64,000 nucleotides of DNA from Cyanobacteria bacterium auto_48_18. Its GTDB lineage: Bacteria > Cyanobacteriota > Vampirovibrionia > Obscuribacterales > Obscuribacteraceae. The position numbers and the translations under genes were made by a program. Below the pieces are notes generated by a model. It did no database searches. It was given only the letters and a program-made list of their open reading frames with translations, and was not told the origin of the DNA. Of the stretch, positions 27,891 to 36,715 are shown in pieces. Numbering within the stretch: the first letter of the stretch is position 1; every line of letters starts with the position of its first letter. Location of the stretch: NCBI GenBank assembly GCA_036170915.1, contig JAVHQC010000006.1:1-64000 (forward strand). The letters are read 5' to 3'.

Positions 27891-29534
27891 TTATTCCTGA
27901 ATGCGAGCATCAATCAAAAATGGTCCTGTACTCTCGAACATGTTCTCCAGAGCCGATTCCAGCTGTCCCATGGTGGTGACTTTGAGAGCCGGCACACGCA
28001 TAGCTTGTGATAATTCAGGGAAATATATCTCCGGTCTGTCGAGAGGAAATTTATTTTCGCTCACTCCTAAGTGTAAGTTAAGGCTGTCGGAGCCGCGAGT
28101 GTTGACGACTACAAATTTGGTATTAAGACCATAGTGTGCAGCAGTCCACAGAGCCTGAGGCGCTTGCAGCAGTGATTGGTCAGAAGTGATGCACACAACC
28201 GGACTTTCAGGCGAAGCCCACTGAGCGCCAAGAGCCGCACCAATAGCGTATCCATCAATTCCCGAATTTGAAGCGAAATAGGCGGAGCTGCCTTCAAGGC
28301 TCATCACTACTGACGGATCTGTGACAGTGCCGACAATGTCGGTGACCACAATCGAGTTAGTGCTGCGGGCACCGTCAAGGCTGCGCAATAACCAGAACAG
28401 CGAAATGGCATCACTGGCTCCTGGATAAACCAGCATCTCTTCCAGCTTCTGCCGTGTATTAGCTACATGCTGGATGGTTTCTTGTGCTCTGCGCTTGGCC
28501 AGGTTTAGCCACTTGGCATCGGCGATTAATTGCACTTCTGCTCGCAAACGCGACATTGATTCGGCAATATCCGCTGTAGCTGCGGCGATGCACGGCAGAC
28601 TTTTACCTGAAAGTGTGGGGTCTACATTGATCTGAATCACAGAAGTACGCGGTGAGATCACCGCAGCTTGATCTGAGGTTTCGGGCAGGCGGGTTTGCAT
28701 TCCAAGGGCGAGCACCAGATCGTGGCCCTTTAAACTCTCGCGTGCCAGGCCGATCTCAGTAGACAACACTCCTGCAAATTGAGGATGGCGGTTGGGGAAA
28801 TTGACGCCGGTGGGCATGGGTTCGCTGTAAACGCGGCAACCCATCACTTCTGCCAGAGTTGCGGTTTCTTTCCTTGAGCGAAATTGACTGACTTCATTTC
28901 CGGCAATAATGCAGGGGTTGCCCGCCGAAACTAGAGAGCGAGCTGTTTTTAAAATGAAATTGTGATCGGCGGCGCCCAGTGGGCTCGTATGTGGAGGTGT
29001 GATCGGCATGCCTTCTGCCGCTTGAGTCAAGATGTCAACCGGAATAGAGACGAGCACCGGACCTTTCGGCGGAGAAAAAGCTTCGGTAAAAGCGCGGCGA
29101 ATCAGGCGCGGAATTTCACCCGGGCTGCGCGCCTCGGCCACCCATTTGCAAACTGGGCGGCTGATGCTGAGTAAATCGACTGTGAGTGCCGGATCGTCGT
29201 TAAGAATCTGGGTGCTTTGTTGATCGCAAATTATGATCATGGGAATGTGAATGCGGCTGGCAGTGTAGATTGCTGCCAGAGAACTGACAAGACCCTGACC
29301 GGCGGAAAGCAAAAGTACGGCAGCCTTTGATGACGCTTGGGCGTAACCGATGCTCATGAATGCAGCAGTCTGCTCACTGGCCGTATTAACCTGGCGAAAC
29401 CCTTTGGCTTCAGATAAGGCCAGGGCAATAGGTGAGCTAGACGAGCGGGGAGCCATAAATATTTGGCTGGCACCTTCAGTCAATAGCTGCTGTAGAAGCA
29501 AATCGCTGGTAAGTTTTGATTGGGATTTAGTCAT
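27891..29534 (-). CDS. Thiamine-diphosphate enzyme family protein (benzoylformate decarboxylase/AHAS-like) with a degenerate cofactor motif
   Basis: SEQTAAFMSIGYAQAS, PPKGPVLVSIP and FPNRHPQF motifs; C-terminal TSDQS...VVNTRG replaces GDG...NN. Confidence 0.85.
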   Translation of the reverse strand: MTKSQSKLTSDLLLQQLLTEGASQIFMAPRSSSSPIALALSEAKGFRQVNTASEQTAAFMSIGYAQASSKAAVLLLSAGQGLVSSLAAIYTASRIHIPMIIICDQQSTQILNDDPALTVDLLSISRPVCKWVAEARSPGEIPRLIRRAFTEAFSPPKGPVLVSIPVDILTQAAEGMPITPPHTSPLGAADHNFILKTARSLVSAGNPCIIAGNEVSQFRSRKETATLAEVMGCRVYSEPMPTGVNFPNRHPQFAGVLSTEIGLARESLKGHDLVLALGMQTRLPETSDQAAVISPRTSVIQINVDPTLSGKSLPCIAAATADIAESMSRLRAEVQLIADAKWLNLAKRRAQETIQHVANTRQKLEEMLVYPGASDAISLFWLLRSLDGARSTNSIVVTDIVGTVTDPSVVMSLEGSSAYFASNSGIDGYAIGAALGAQWASPESPVVCITSDQSLLQAPQALWTAAHYGLNTKFVVVNTRGSDSLNLHLGVSENKFPLDRPEIYFPELSQAMRVPALKVTTMGQLESALENMFESTGPFLIDARIQE

Positions 29535-29537
29535 TTA

Positions 29538-30578
29538 TTAAAGATGATCAAGTTCCATTAATGGGCAGGGGAAATTTTCAAACCATTGCTCCACTTCAAT
29601 GTCAAGCGGCATCAGCATAGCCCGACCCCAGTCTCTCTCAGAGTAGTGGATTTGTCCCTTAAATTCAGCCTGGAAATTTTCCTGGCCAAGAAAGACTTTT
29701 AGGTTAAACCCTGGGGATAGCTCACGTAAATTACCTTCCCATCCCCGCAGCTTGCGAATCTGCAAAGCGGTGGCCTGTGTTAGTACAGCACTCCAGAGGT
29801 TTTGCACACCAATGCCGCTGTCAGCAAGCTCGAGGATGCGCATAGTCGATCCACCTACTTCGTATATACAGTAGCCGCCACCGTTACCGCACTCATCAAT
29901 CTTAAGCAGCTGCAAACGAGGCCATGCAAGCTGAGAATTTTGATGCAGATAAAGTTCTTTCGCAATCTTGTAGTGCCAGTATTGGCCGTCTCGAATGATG
30001 CCAAACGGCCTGCGACTTAGCCACCGCTGATGGTTGCGCTGAAGATAATCGCAGTGACTTTGATCAAGTGGTTCTATGGTGTAATCGGGTATTTCAGCCT
30101 TGTTAATTCCACCTTGACTAATTCCCAATTGCCAGCCTGCAGCCTTAACATCAATCGAAAAATCGATACTACTTAATTCTTGAAAACCATGTCTTTCATA
30201 AAAGTTGGCGCCAATGTCTGAAAAGAGCAAAATGCCGGCTGCTCCTGTTGTTTCAGCCCACTTTCTGTAGGCATACATAAACTGATCGCCGTAGCCTTTG
30301 CCGCGAAATTTATGGCGGGAGAAAACTGCCCCAACTCCCAAAAATTTATAGCGCTTGCCTCGAGCCATCACTTCGATGTCATAAGATTTACAGCTGGCCG
30401 CTATTTCGCCCCCGCTGCGCAAAGCAAAAAAGCGCTGATACCGCCTGCCCCAGGTGTGTGTGCGCTGAAGTTGATTGTAATCCAGGTAGTTGGCCCTGCT
30501 CAGGCCCGCCGACCAGATTCCATAAGTCTCATGTAAGACATGCAGAATTTCAGAATCACCGATTTCGCACAATGTCAT
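29538..30578 (-). CDS. GNAT-family N-acetyltransferase
   Basis: GAVFSRHKFRGKGYG and LFSDIGANFYERHGF motifs. Confidence 0.85.
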   Translation of the reverse strand: MTLCEIGDSEILHVLHETYGIWSAGLSRANYLDYNQLQRTHTWGRRYQRFFALRSGGEIAASCKSYDIEVMARGKRYKFLGVGAVFSRHKFRGKGYGDQFMYAYRKWAETTGAAGILLFSDIGANFYERHGFQELSSIDFSIDVKAAGWQLGISQGGINKAEIPDYTIEPLDQSHCDYLQRNHQRWLSRRPFGIIRDGQYWHYKIAKELYLHQNSQLAWPRLQLLKIDECGNGGGYCIYEVGGSTMRILELADSGIGVQNLWSAVLTQATALQIRKLRGWEGNLRELSPGFNLKVFLGQENFQAEFKGQIHYSERDWGRAMLMPLDIEVEQWFENFPCPLMELDHL

Positions 30579-30663
30579 TTAGTCAATCACTGTATCTTCA
30601 TACTTTAGGTTTAGTATTGTCCTGTATTTATAGATTCTTGCGTCAACATACGGAAGTAAACAA

Positions 30664-31974
30664 TTGGAAAATCAGGGCACCACAGTATATCGGGGCCATG
30701 TGATTACGCCCTTAAGTGCCAGCAAATACCTTGACTACATGGATGGGGCTCTCGTGGTAGATGCGTCCGGCAGTATTGTTGCCGTGGGTGAGTGGTCAGA
30801 GGTGAGCAACAGTGTGGCCGGAGCCACTGTGGTTAATCTCGGCCAACGCTTGATTTTGCCTGGCCTGGTAGATTTGCATTTGCATTTGCCCCAGGTTTCA
30901 CAAACCGGTCGATCTGGCGAACATCTTTTAGCCTGGCTCAATAAATATATTTTTCCAGCCGAGGCGCGTTTTTCAGACACCAGGCACGCTCGTAAGATTG
31001 CCAGCTGGTTTTTTGACGAACTTGCCCGCAACGGTACAACCTTAGCTGTAGTTTTCACCACTATTCACAAAGCGGCTGCCGATGCGGCTTTTGAAGTTGC
31101 GCTGGCTAAGGGAAGTCGTGTGATCATGGGCAAAGTGATGATGGATGCTAATTCGCCACCGGCTCTGACTGAAACTACTGAGGTTTCACTTCAAGAATCT
31201 GAGGAGTTGGCGCAAAAATGGCACGGCGCCGACAACGGCCGATTGCTCTATGCCTTTACCCCGCGTTTTGGTGTTACCTCCACCCCTGAGCTTTTAGCAG
31301 GCGTGGGGAGGCTTTTTGCCAAATATCCCGGCACATATGTGCACACTCATTTATCTGAAGCCAAAGAAGAAATTCAATTTGTCTCCAAACAGTTTCCGCA
31401 GGCGCGCAGCTACCTTGATGTTTACAGAAGTTTTGGCATCATTGGTGAGCGCACGGTGTTTGCCCATGCCATCCATTTAGATGATGACGATATCAAATGC
31501 GTCAAAGAGACTCGCAGCTCCCTGGCTCACTGTCCCAGTTCCAACTTCTTTCTCAAAAGCGGAGCCTTTCTTTATCAAAAAATTCGCGCCGCCGGCTGCC
31601 TGTTTGGTCTGGGCTCAGACGTAGCCGCTGGGCCGTCAATGAGCCTCTTTAACGTGATGAAAGACGCCAACTATATGCAGCCTGATATCTGGATTGAGCC
31701 GCCGGAGCTGCTTTTCCGGGCCACGTTGGCAGGTGCGCAGGCCGCTCATCTTGACCATCTCACTGGTTCACTTGCTGTCGGCAAAGAAGCTGATTTTATT
31801 GTGGTTGACCCCAGCCGAAAGAGCGGAATTGTTGATGATATCTTGAGTCAGCCCACCGATGAAATCCTTTCCAGCCTTGTGTTTTTGGGCGATGATCGCT
31901 TGATAGAGGCTACTTATGTCAGAGGTAAATGCATATTTCATTGCAAAAATGTAGATATGCTTGCAACCTGTTAG
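30664..31974 (+). CDS. guaD: Guanine deaminase
   Basis: PGLVDLHLHLPQ, TPRF, HTHLSE, HCPSSN and GSDVAAG motifs. Confidence 0.92.
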   Translation: MENQGTTVYRGHVITPLSASKYLDYMDGALVVDASGSIVAVGEWSEVSNSVAGATVVNLGQRLILPGLVDLHLHLPQVSQTGRSGEHLLAWLNKYIFPAEARFSDTRHARKIASWFFDELARNGTTLAVVFTTIHKAAADAAFEVALAKGSRVIMGKVMMDANSPPALTETTEVSLQESEELAQKWHGADNGRLLYAFTPRFGVTSTPELLAGVGRLFAKYPGTYVHTHLSEAKEEIQFVSKQFPQARSYLDVYRSFGIIGERTVFAHAIHLDDDDIKCVKETRSSLAHCPSSNFFLKSGAFLYQKIRAAGCLFGLGSDVAAGPSMSLFNVMKDANYMQPDIWIEPPELLFRATLAGAQAAHLDHLTGSLAVGKEADFIVVDPSRKSGIVDDILSQPTDEILSSLVFLGDDRLIEATYVRGKCIFHCKNVDMLATC

Positions 31975-32001
31975 GATCTTCGTGTTCCATGGAGTTAAAC
32001 A

Positions 32002-32589
32002 ATGTCTGGTCAGACTGACGTAGCAGCAAAGAAAATTGAGCGCGATAAAGAAGTTGAGTCGATTCGCACAATCTATTCACACGAACAGATTCAAAATCGA
32101 GTAGCCGAATTAGGCGCGCAAATTAGTCAAGATTATGCTGAACTGGAAAATCCGGTGGTAATCGGCGTAATGAAAGGGGCTTTTTGTTTTCTGGCTGACA
32201 TAGTCAGACAGATTGTCACACCTGATCCACTGCAAATTGAATTTGTGCGGTTGGCCAGCTACGGTAGTGCCACAGAGAGTTCAGGCGCGGTGCAGACACC
32301 ATATCTGGAGCTGCCAAATATTTCGCGTCGCAATATTATTGTGGTGGAAGATATCATTGATTCAGGCCGCACAGCCAAATTTTTCATGGACTATCTGCGC
32401 GATCAGTTTAATCCCAATACTTTAAAGATTGCAGTATTTCTCGATAAGCCTTCCCGTCGAGTTGTACCAATTAATGCCGATTATGTAGGCTTCAGCATCG
32501 AAGATTTGTTTGTCGTTGGTTACGGTTTAGACTATGCTGAAAAATATCGCGAGTTGCCTTACTTGGGCGAGTTGAAGTTAGCTAAATAA
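32002..32589 (+). CDS. hpt: Hypoxanthine phosphoribosyltransferase
   Basis: VEDIIDSGRT and FVVGYGLDY motifs. Confidence 0.95.
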   Translation: MSGQTDVAAKKIERDKEVESIRTIYSHEQIQNRVAELGAQISQDYAELENPVVIGVMKGAFCFLADIVRQIVTPDPLQIEFVRLASYGSATESSGAVQTPYLELPNISRRNIIVVEDIIDSGRTAKFFMDYLRDQFNPNTLKIAVFLDKPSRRVVPINADYVGFSIEDLFVVGYGLDYAEKYRELPYLGELKLAK

Positions 32590-32607
32590 CTTTGCATCGA
32601 GGATCAA

Positions 32608-33348
32608 TTGTCAGACCAGCCCGATGAAATAAAAGAAGAGCCTGTCAAAGCTCCTGAAGACAACGAAACTGCATCAACCGATGCAGACATTGTGATCGCA
32701 AATGATAAAGCGAAAATTCCAATTGATCCGCGCAGCAATTTGACCATTTTCGATCTTGCCGCTGGTGTGTTGATTTTGGCATTCTTGTCATTGTTTGCCA
32801 TTAATTGCTTTGTTGCCCATCTGGCCTCTACTTACAATGAAGATATGTGCGGAGTGGCTATTGGCTTAGCAGGACAAGCAGCTACCGAGGGCAAAGATAC
32901 TCTTGATGTTCGGCGCAGAGCCTTTGGTTTTATGGATAAATGCGGCCCTGGTGGATTTTTTGTGGAGCGGCCGGAACTTATAACTTTTTATGATGAGATC
33001 AAACCCGACTTCCGCCAGGTAACAATCGCTACGGCAACCAAAGTGCTGGTTCCTGCACCCTTTATTTGTGCCGATCGTAGCCGTTTTGAGAAAGATGGAA
33101 TGCATGTGATTTTCAAGCATGTTTATCAGTTTCAATTGAAAAATCCTAAAAATTGCAATTCGGGAAAAATCAAAATCAATCCCACTGGCAGAACATTTGA
33201 AATTAAGATGATTGACAATCCTATTCTCACCAAGCCTGTAGTAAACAAGAAAACCGATAAAGAGAAAACTGGCAAAGAGAAAACTGGCAAAGAGAAGACT
33301 GGCAAAGAGAAAAACCCTAAGCCAGCTTCTGGTTCTGGTGCCGGTTAA
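32608..33348 (+). CDS. Divergent TadE-like membrane-anchored protein
   Basis: Single TM, then CGVAIGLAGQA and VTIATATKVLVPAPF...FKHVYQF, parallel to the 1..793 protein; prepilin motif degenerate. Confidence 0.55.
   Translation: MSDQPDEIKEEPVKAPEDNETASTDADIVIANDKAKIPIDPRSNLTIFDLAAGVLILAFLSLFAINCFVAHLASTYNEDMCGVAIGLAGQAATEGKDTLDVRRRAFGFMDKCGPGGFFVERPELITFYDEIKPDFRQVTIATATKVLVPAPFICADRSRFEKDGMHVIFKHVYQFQLKNPKNCNSGKIKINPTGRTFEIKMIDNPILTKPVVNKKTDKEKTGKEKTGKEKTGKEKNPKPASGSGAG
33259..33313 (+). repeat. 15-bp tandem repeat, about 3.6 copies (KEKTG)
   Basis: AAAGAGAAAACTGGC repeated. Confidence 0.9.
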
Positions 33349-33352
33349 TTAA

Positions 33353-34315
33353 TTAGTGAACAGCAGGCACTGAGACCACATCTTTTTTGGAACCTGTCCA
33401 CATTTCAATTTCATGGAGTGGTGGCGGTACTGGTGCTACATTTTCTGAGGATGGTCCACGACTAGAAATGAATTCTGGCAGTGGAAGTGGTGGTGGTGCA
33501 ATAGCGCTCAGCGGTAAACGGTCACCACCTGTGGTGGTCGCTGTTTCTTTGATTGCTCGCGGATAAAGAGCGGTAACATCAACTGTGGCCACTGGGGTGT
33601 GGTCACTGCCGTTGCGCAGAGACAGATAGAGCTTGCTGGCAGAGAGTGCTTTTACAAGCTTCTGTGTGTCTTCAGGGCTAACAGCAACTGTGACAGATCC
33701 TGCTGGAGTAGCAGCTTGACCTTTGGCCTGGCGTTCGAACATTTGTCCTACTGCCACCACTTGTACATCTGACAGAATTGGTGCAACTTTGGTGTCAACA
33801 CCGGTGCCTGCCATTGCCAATATATCAACGTGGCTGTCAGGAGCGATGAATCCGGCTACACCGGAATTGCTGTCTACAGCAAAGGTTACAGCCCGCATTC
33901 CAGGCTTGACATGCGATTCAAAACCGAGGCTGATGCCTTGTGGTGCAATGTCGCGGCTCGAAAGTATTTGCCCCTGACTGATGCCATATTTGGTGGTTCG
34001 GCCGATGGCAATTGCTGAGTTGGTCAACGCATCTTGAGGGGCTCGATTGAGCTCCACAACTTTTTCTTCCAGGGCCTCGGCTGTAATTTGTTGCCCTTCA
34101 GCAATATCTTTGACTACATACACCACTTTGGTTTTGGCCATATTGTGCGCTTCTGCCTCAGCCAGGCGCTTTTTCATTTCGTTGTTGCGAGTTTCTTCAT
34201 TGCTTGTGAAACTAAAGGTTAAAACCACTGCCAGACCCACAATCATCACCAGCATGATTGCCGGGGGTGTGCGGGAGAGCATCAGTAAAAGTGTGCGCAA
34301 AGGATTAGCGGTCAT
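33353..34315 (-). CDS. cpaB: Flp pilus assembly protein CpaB/RcpC
   Basis: SAF domain (VVYVVKDIAEGQQIT), GMRAVT...GVAGFIAPDSHVDI and VTVAVSPED...LSLR. Start re-called at ATG 34315 after GGAGG. Confidence 0.9.
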   Translation of the reverse strand: MTANPLRTLLLMLSRTPPAIMLVMIVGLAVVLTFSFTSNEETRNNEMKKRLAEAEAHNMAKTKVVYVVKDIAEGQQITAEALEEKVVELNRAPQDALTNSAIAIGRTTKYGISQGQILSSRDIAPQGISLGFESHVKPGMRAVTFAVDSNSGVAGFIAPDSHVDILAMAGTGVDTKVAPILSDVQVVAVGQMFERQAKGQAATPAGSVTVAVSPEDTQKLVKALSASKLYLSLRNGSDHTPVATVDVTALYPRAIKETATTTGGDRLPLSAIAPPPLPLPEFISSRGPSSENVAPVPPPLHEIEMWTGSKKDVVSVPAVH

Positions 34316-34497
34316 TTGAAGACCTCCTGTGTTGACGGAAATTTGATATTTAGCCGGCCAACTGAGTTGCCCGCTCTCTTCATCTTGCCTGCTTGCACCT
34401 GAGGCGATAATAGGGAAAACCCTGAAATCGCAAATTGCCGTGTTACTTATAATTGCGCTACTCTTGTATGATGCTTTCCACGACTGAGGACTGTTGC

Positions 34498-35469
34498 ATG
34501 CTGCCACCTAAAGACGTGCCGGATGGACTTTCGGCTATGGAATATCAAAGATTGGCGATTCGCTATCAAATGCTCAAGTGGCCCAAGCAGATGGCTGCCA
34601 GCTCGCGCTATACCATGGCGGCAGCCGGTGACGCCGTGCCTGAAGAGACAAGACGAAAAGTCGGTGCGCTCATGGCCGCTCTTGAAATTACATTTACAGT
34701 TAATGATGCAGTCAACACTGTTAAAGGAACATTTGATGAGGCCGTGAGAATAGCTGGTTCTGAAGCTAGTAAAGTAATTGATCGCAATGCCACTCTCGCT
34801 AAAGCACGAAAGAGTGTCACCAATGCTTTTTCTCTAGCCAACGAATTGGCCTGTAGCGCTTTTAATAAAGTAGTGGAAGACGTAGTTTTGCCGCGCATTG
34901 GTTTGCCGGTGGACTATATGCCTGAAGGACTATCGGCGGCAGATTATTTAAAAATGGGATCGCGCTATGAGCAAATTGGTTTTGCTGAGCAGGCCCGCTC
35001 TGCTTTGCAAAAAGCCATTGCTCACGGTGGCGAAACTCAGGCGGCAAAACGTGCCAAAATTCGCCTGCGTACTCGTATTCCTAAAGACAAAGTTTCAAAC
35101 GATGCTACCCATCGCTATATTGATTCGCTTAAGTTATATTTGACGCAAGAATTGATTGATGCCAAAGCCAAGCTCGAACTTTTGATTAGAGAATACCCGC
35201 AGTTTGAATGGCCTTACATCCAGCTTGGGCACATATTGCTAACCGCAGGAGAGGTTGACCGTGCCTGCGATCTGGCATCAAAAGTGGTGCGACAAAATCC
35301 TAATATGATCAAGGGTTGGTTACTGCTTGCCACCATCGATATAATTTATTGGCAAATTCCAAAACTGGAAGAACACATCAAAAAAATCAGAGCCCTTGAT
35401 CCTGAAAGCCCTGAGTTGTCTACGTTTGAGCAGTTGCTTGAGCTGATTAATCAACAAGGCATGCGTTAG
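34498..35469 (+). CDS. TPR-containing protein
   Basis: Two GLSA.[DE]Y segments and TPR-like helices; ATG 34498 follows GAGGA. Confidence 0.75.
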   Translation: MLPPKDVPDGLSAMEYQRLAIRYQMLKWPKQMAASSRYTMAAAGDAVPEETRRKVGALMAALEITFTVNDAVNTVKGTFDEAVRIAGSEASKVIDRNATLAKARKSVTNAFSLANELACSAFNKVVEDVVLPRIGLPVDYMPEGLSAADYLKMGSRYEQIGFAEQARSALQKAIAHGGETQAAKRAKIRLRTRIPKDKVSNDATHRYIDSLKLYLTQELIDAKAKLELLIREYPQFEWPYIQLGHILLTAGEVDRACDLASKVVRQNPNMIKGWLLLATIDIIYWQIPKLEEHIKKIRALDPESPELSTFEQLLELINQQGMR

Positions 35470-35502
35470 ATTTCGCTTTAACGATGGTCGTCGGATCGGT
35501 CG

Positions 35503-35546
35503 GTAGTTCAGTAGTTCAGTAGGTCAGTAGTTCAGTAGTTCAGTAC
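35503..35546. repeat. Intergenic 8-bp tandem repeat (GTAGTTCA) x5
   Basis: GTAGTTCA GTAGTTCA GTAGGTCA GTAGTTCA GTAGTTCA GTAC, flanked by TCGGTCGGTA on both sides. Confidence 0.9.
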
Positions 35547-35564
35547 GTCGGTCGGTATTCAATA

Positions 35565-36704
35565 ATGCGCATCAGTCGATTGCAGGTTTATGGGTACAGA
35601 TCAATTAAAAGTATTGATTTGAAACTGGATGCCCTCAACGTTATCGCTGGAGCCAACGGTACAGGCAAAAGCAATCTCTATAGATCGCTATACATTCTCT
35701 GGGCCGCGGCCAGTGGCCAACTGGCCCAGGTTCTAGCTCAAGAAGGTGGTATGACTTCTGCCCTCTGGGCAGGCAAGCGCAGTAAACTGGATGACGCAGT
35801 TTTTCGCATACAAGTCAAATTGGATGATCTCACTTATAAATTTGAGTGTGGCTGCGTGCCCGCATCTGCTCGCGGCTTTATGAGTTATCCCGGATGGTTT
35901 AGCAATGATCCGGATATTAAAAAGGAAGAAGTAACCACTGATTTTCGTGCTCGCAAAATTCATTTGCTCAAGCGCAAGCGCGGGGCAATATCAGCACGCA
36001 ATATGGACGGCAGGCCAATAGAGTACCCTCTTACCGGCAGCGGCTGCGAATCTGTTTTGTCTTGTCTGCGTGAACCACACTTGTTTCCTGACCTTTCAGT
36101 GTTGCGACAGGAAATTCTAGGCTGGCGATTTTATCATCATTTTCGCACCGACTTAGCTTCGCCTCTGCGTCGTGAACAAATTCCTGTATTCACCCCGGTT
36201 TTAAGTCATGATGGTCACGACTTGGCCTCAGCTCTGGCTAGTATTATGGCTGCTGAAGGCGAAGTCAATTTGAAAAAGCATTTAAATAATGCCTTTCCAG
36301 GCGCAGAACTAAGTATTGACATGGAACCACGCACGGTGGCATTCACTTTACAAATGCCGGGCTTAAACAGACCATTTAATGCTCGTGAGCTCTCTGACGG
36401 AACGTTGCAATATTTGTGTTTGCTTGCAGCCCTTCTTACAGAGCGGCCGCCTAACTTGCTCGTCTTAAACGAACCAGAAACCAGTATGCATCCTGATCTT
36501 TACGGGCCCCTGGCTGAGCTCCTCGTAGATGCGAGTAAACGCTGTCAAATAGTTATTACTACTCACGCCAGGGAGCTGGCCGCTACCATTGAAAAATTGA
36601 GCGGCAACAAAACAATTCATTTGGAGAAAGACGATGGTGCCACCAGTATTGTTGGTGCGCGCCCATTCGATTTTTATGATGATGACGAAGATGATGAAGA
36701 CTAG
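35565..36704 (+). CDS. ABC/SMC-like ATPase (AAA_21/COG4637 type), copy 1
   Basis: GYRSI, Walker A GANGTGKS, signature LSDG, Walker B LVLNEPE and H-loop TTH. Confidence 0.9.
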   Translation: MRISRLQVYGYRSIKSIDLKLDALNVIAGANGTGKSNLYRSLYILWAAASGQLAQVLAQEGGMTSALWAGKRSKLDDAVFRIQVKLDDLTYKFECGCVPASARGFMSYPGWFSNDPDIKKEEVTTDFRARKIHLLKRKRGAISARNMDGRPIEYPLTGSGCESVLSCLREPHLFPDLSVLRQEILGWRFYHHFRTDLASPLRREQIPVFTPVLSHDGHDLASALASIMAAEGEVNLKKHLNNAFPGAELSIDMEPRTVAFTLQMPGLNRPFNARELSDGTLQYLCLLAALLTERPPNLLVLNEPETSMHPDLYGPLAELLVDASKRCQIVITTHARELAATIEKLSGNKTIHLEKDDGATSIVGARPFDFYDDDEDDED

Positions 36705-36715
36705 AAGGCAATCTT

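Noticed and set aside
30579..30663. Purine riboswitch upstream of guaD-hpt
   Set aside because: No consensus core is present, and the 85-bp divergent spacer leaves little room.
34405..34445. c-di-GMP-I-like words (GGGAAAACCC..GAAA..CGCAAA) near cpaB
   Set aside because: Spacing and stems do not fit the aptamer, and the orientation points away from cpaB.
34316..34507. N-terminal extensions in the ORF track (cpaB; likewise korB to 26002, M16 to 44911, ppdK from 51117, SDR to 55947)
   Set aside because: They overlap neighbouring genes; downstream ATGs with better SD or spacing fit the families.
35503..35546. Possible CRISPR array (also considered for 18071-18140, 33259-33313 and 40710-40779)
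   Set aside because: The repeats are too short or lack unique spacers, and no cas genes are present.
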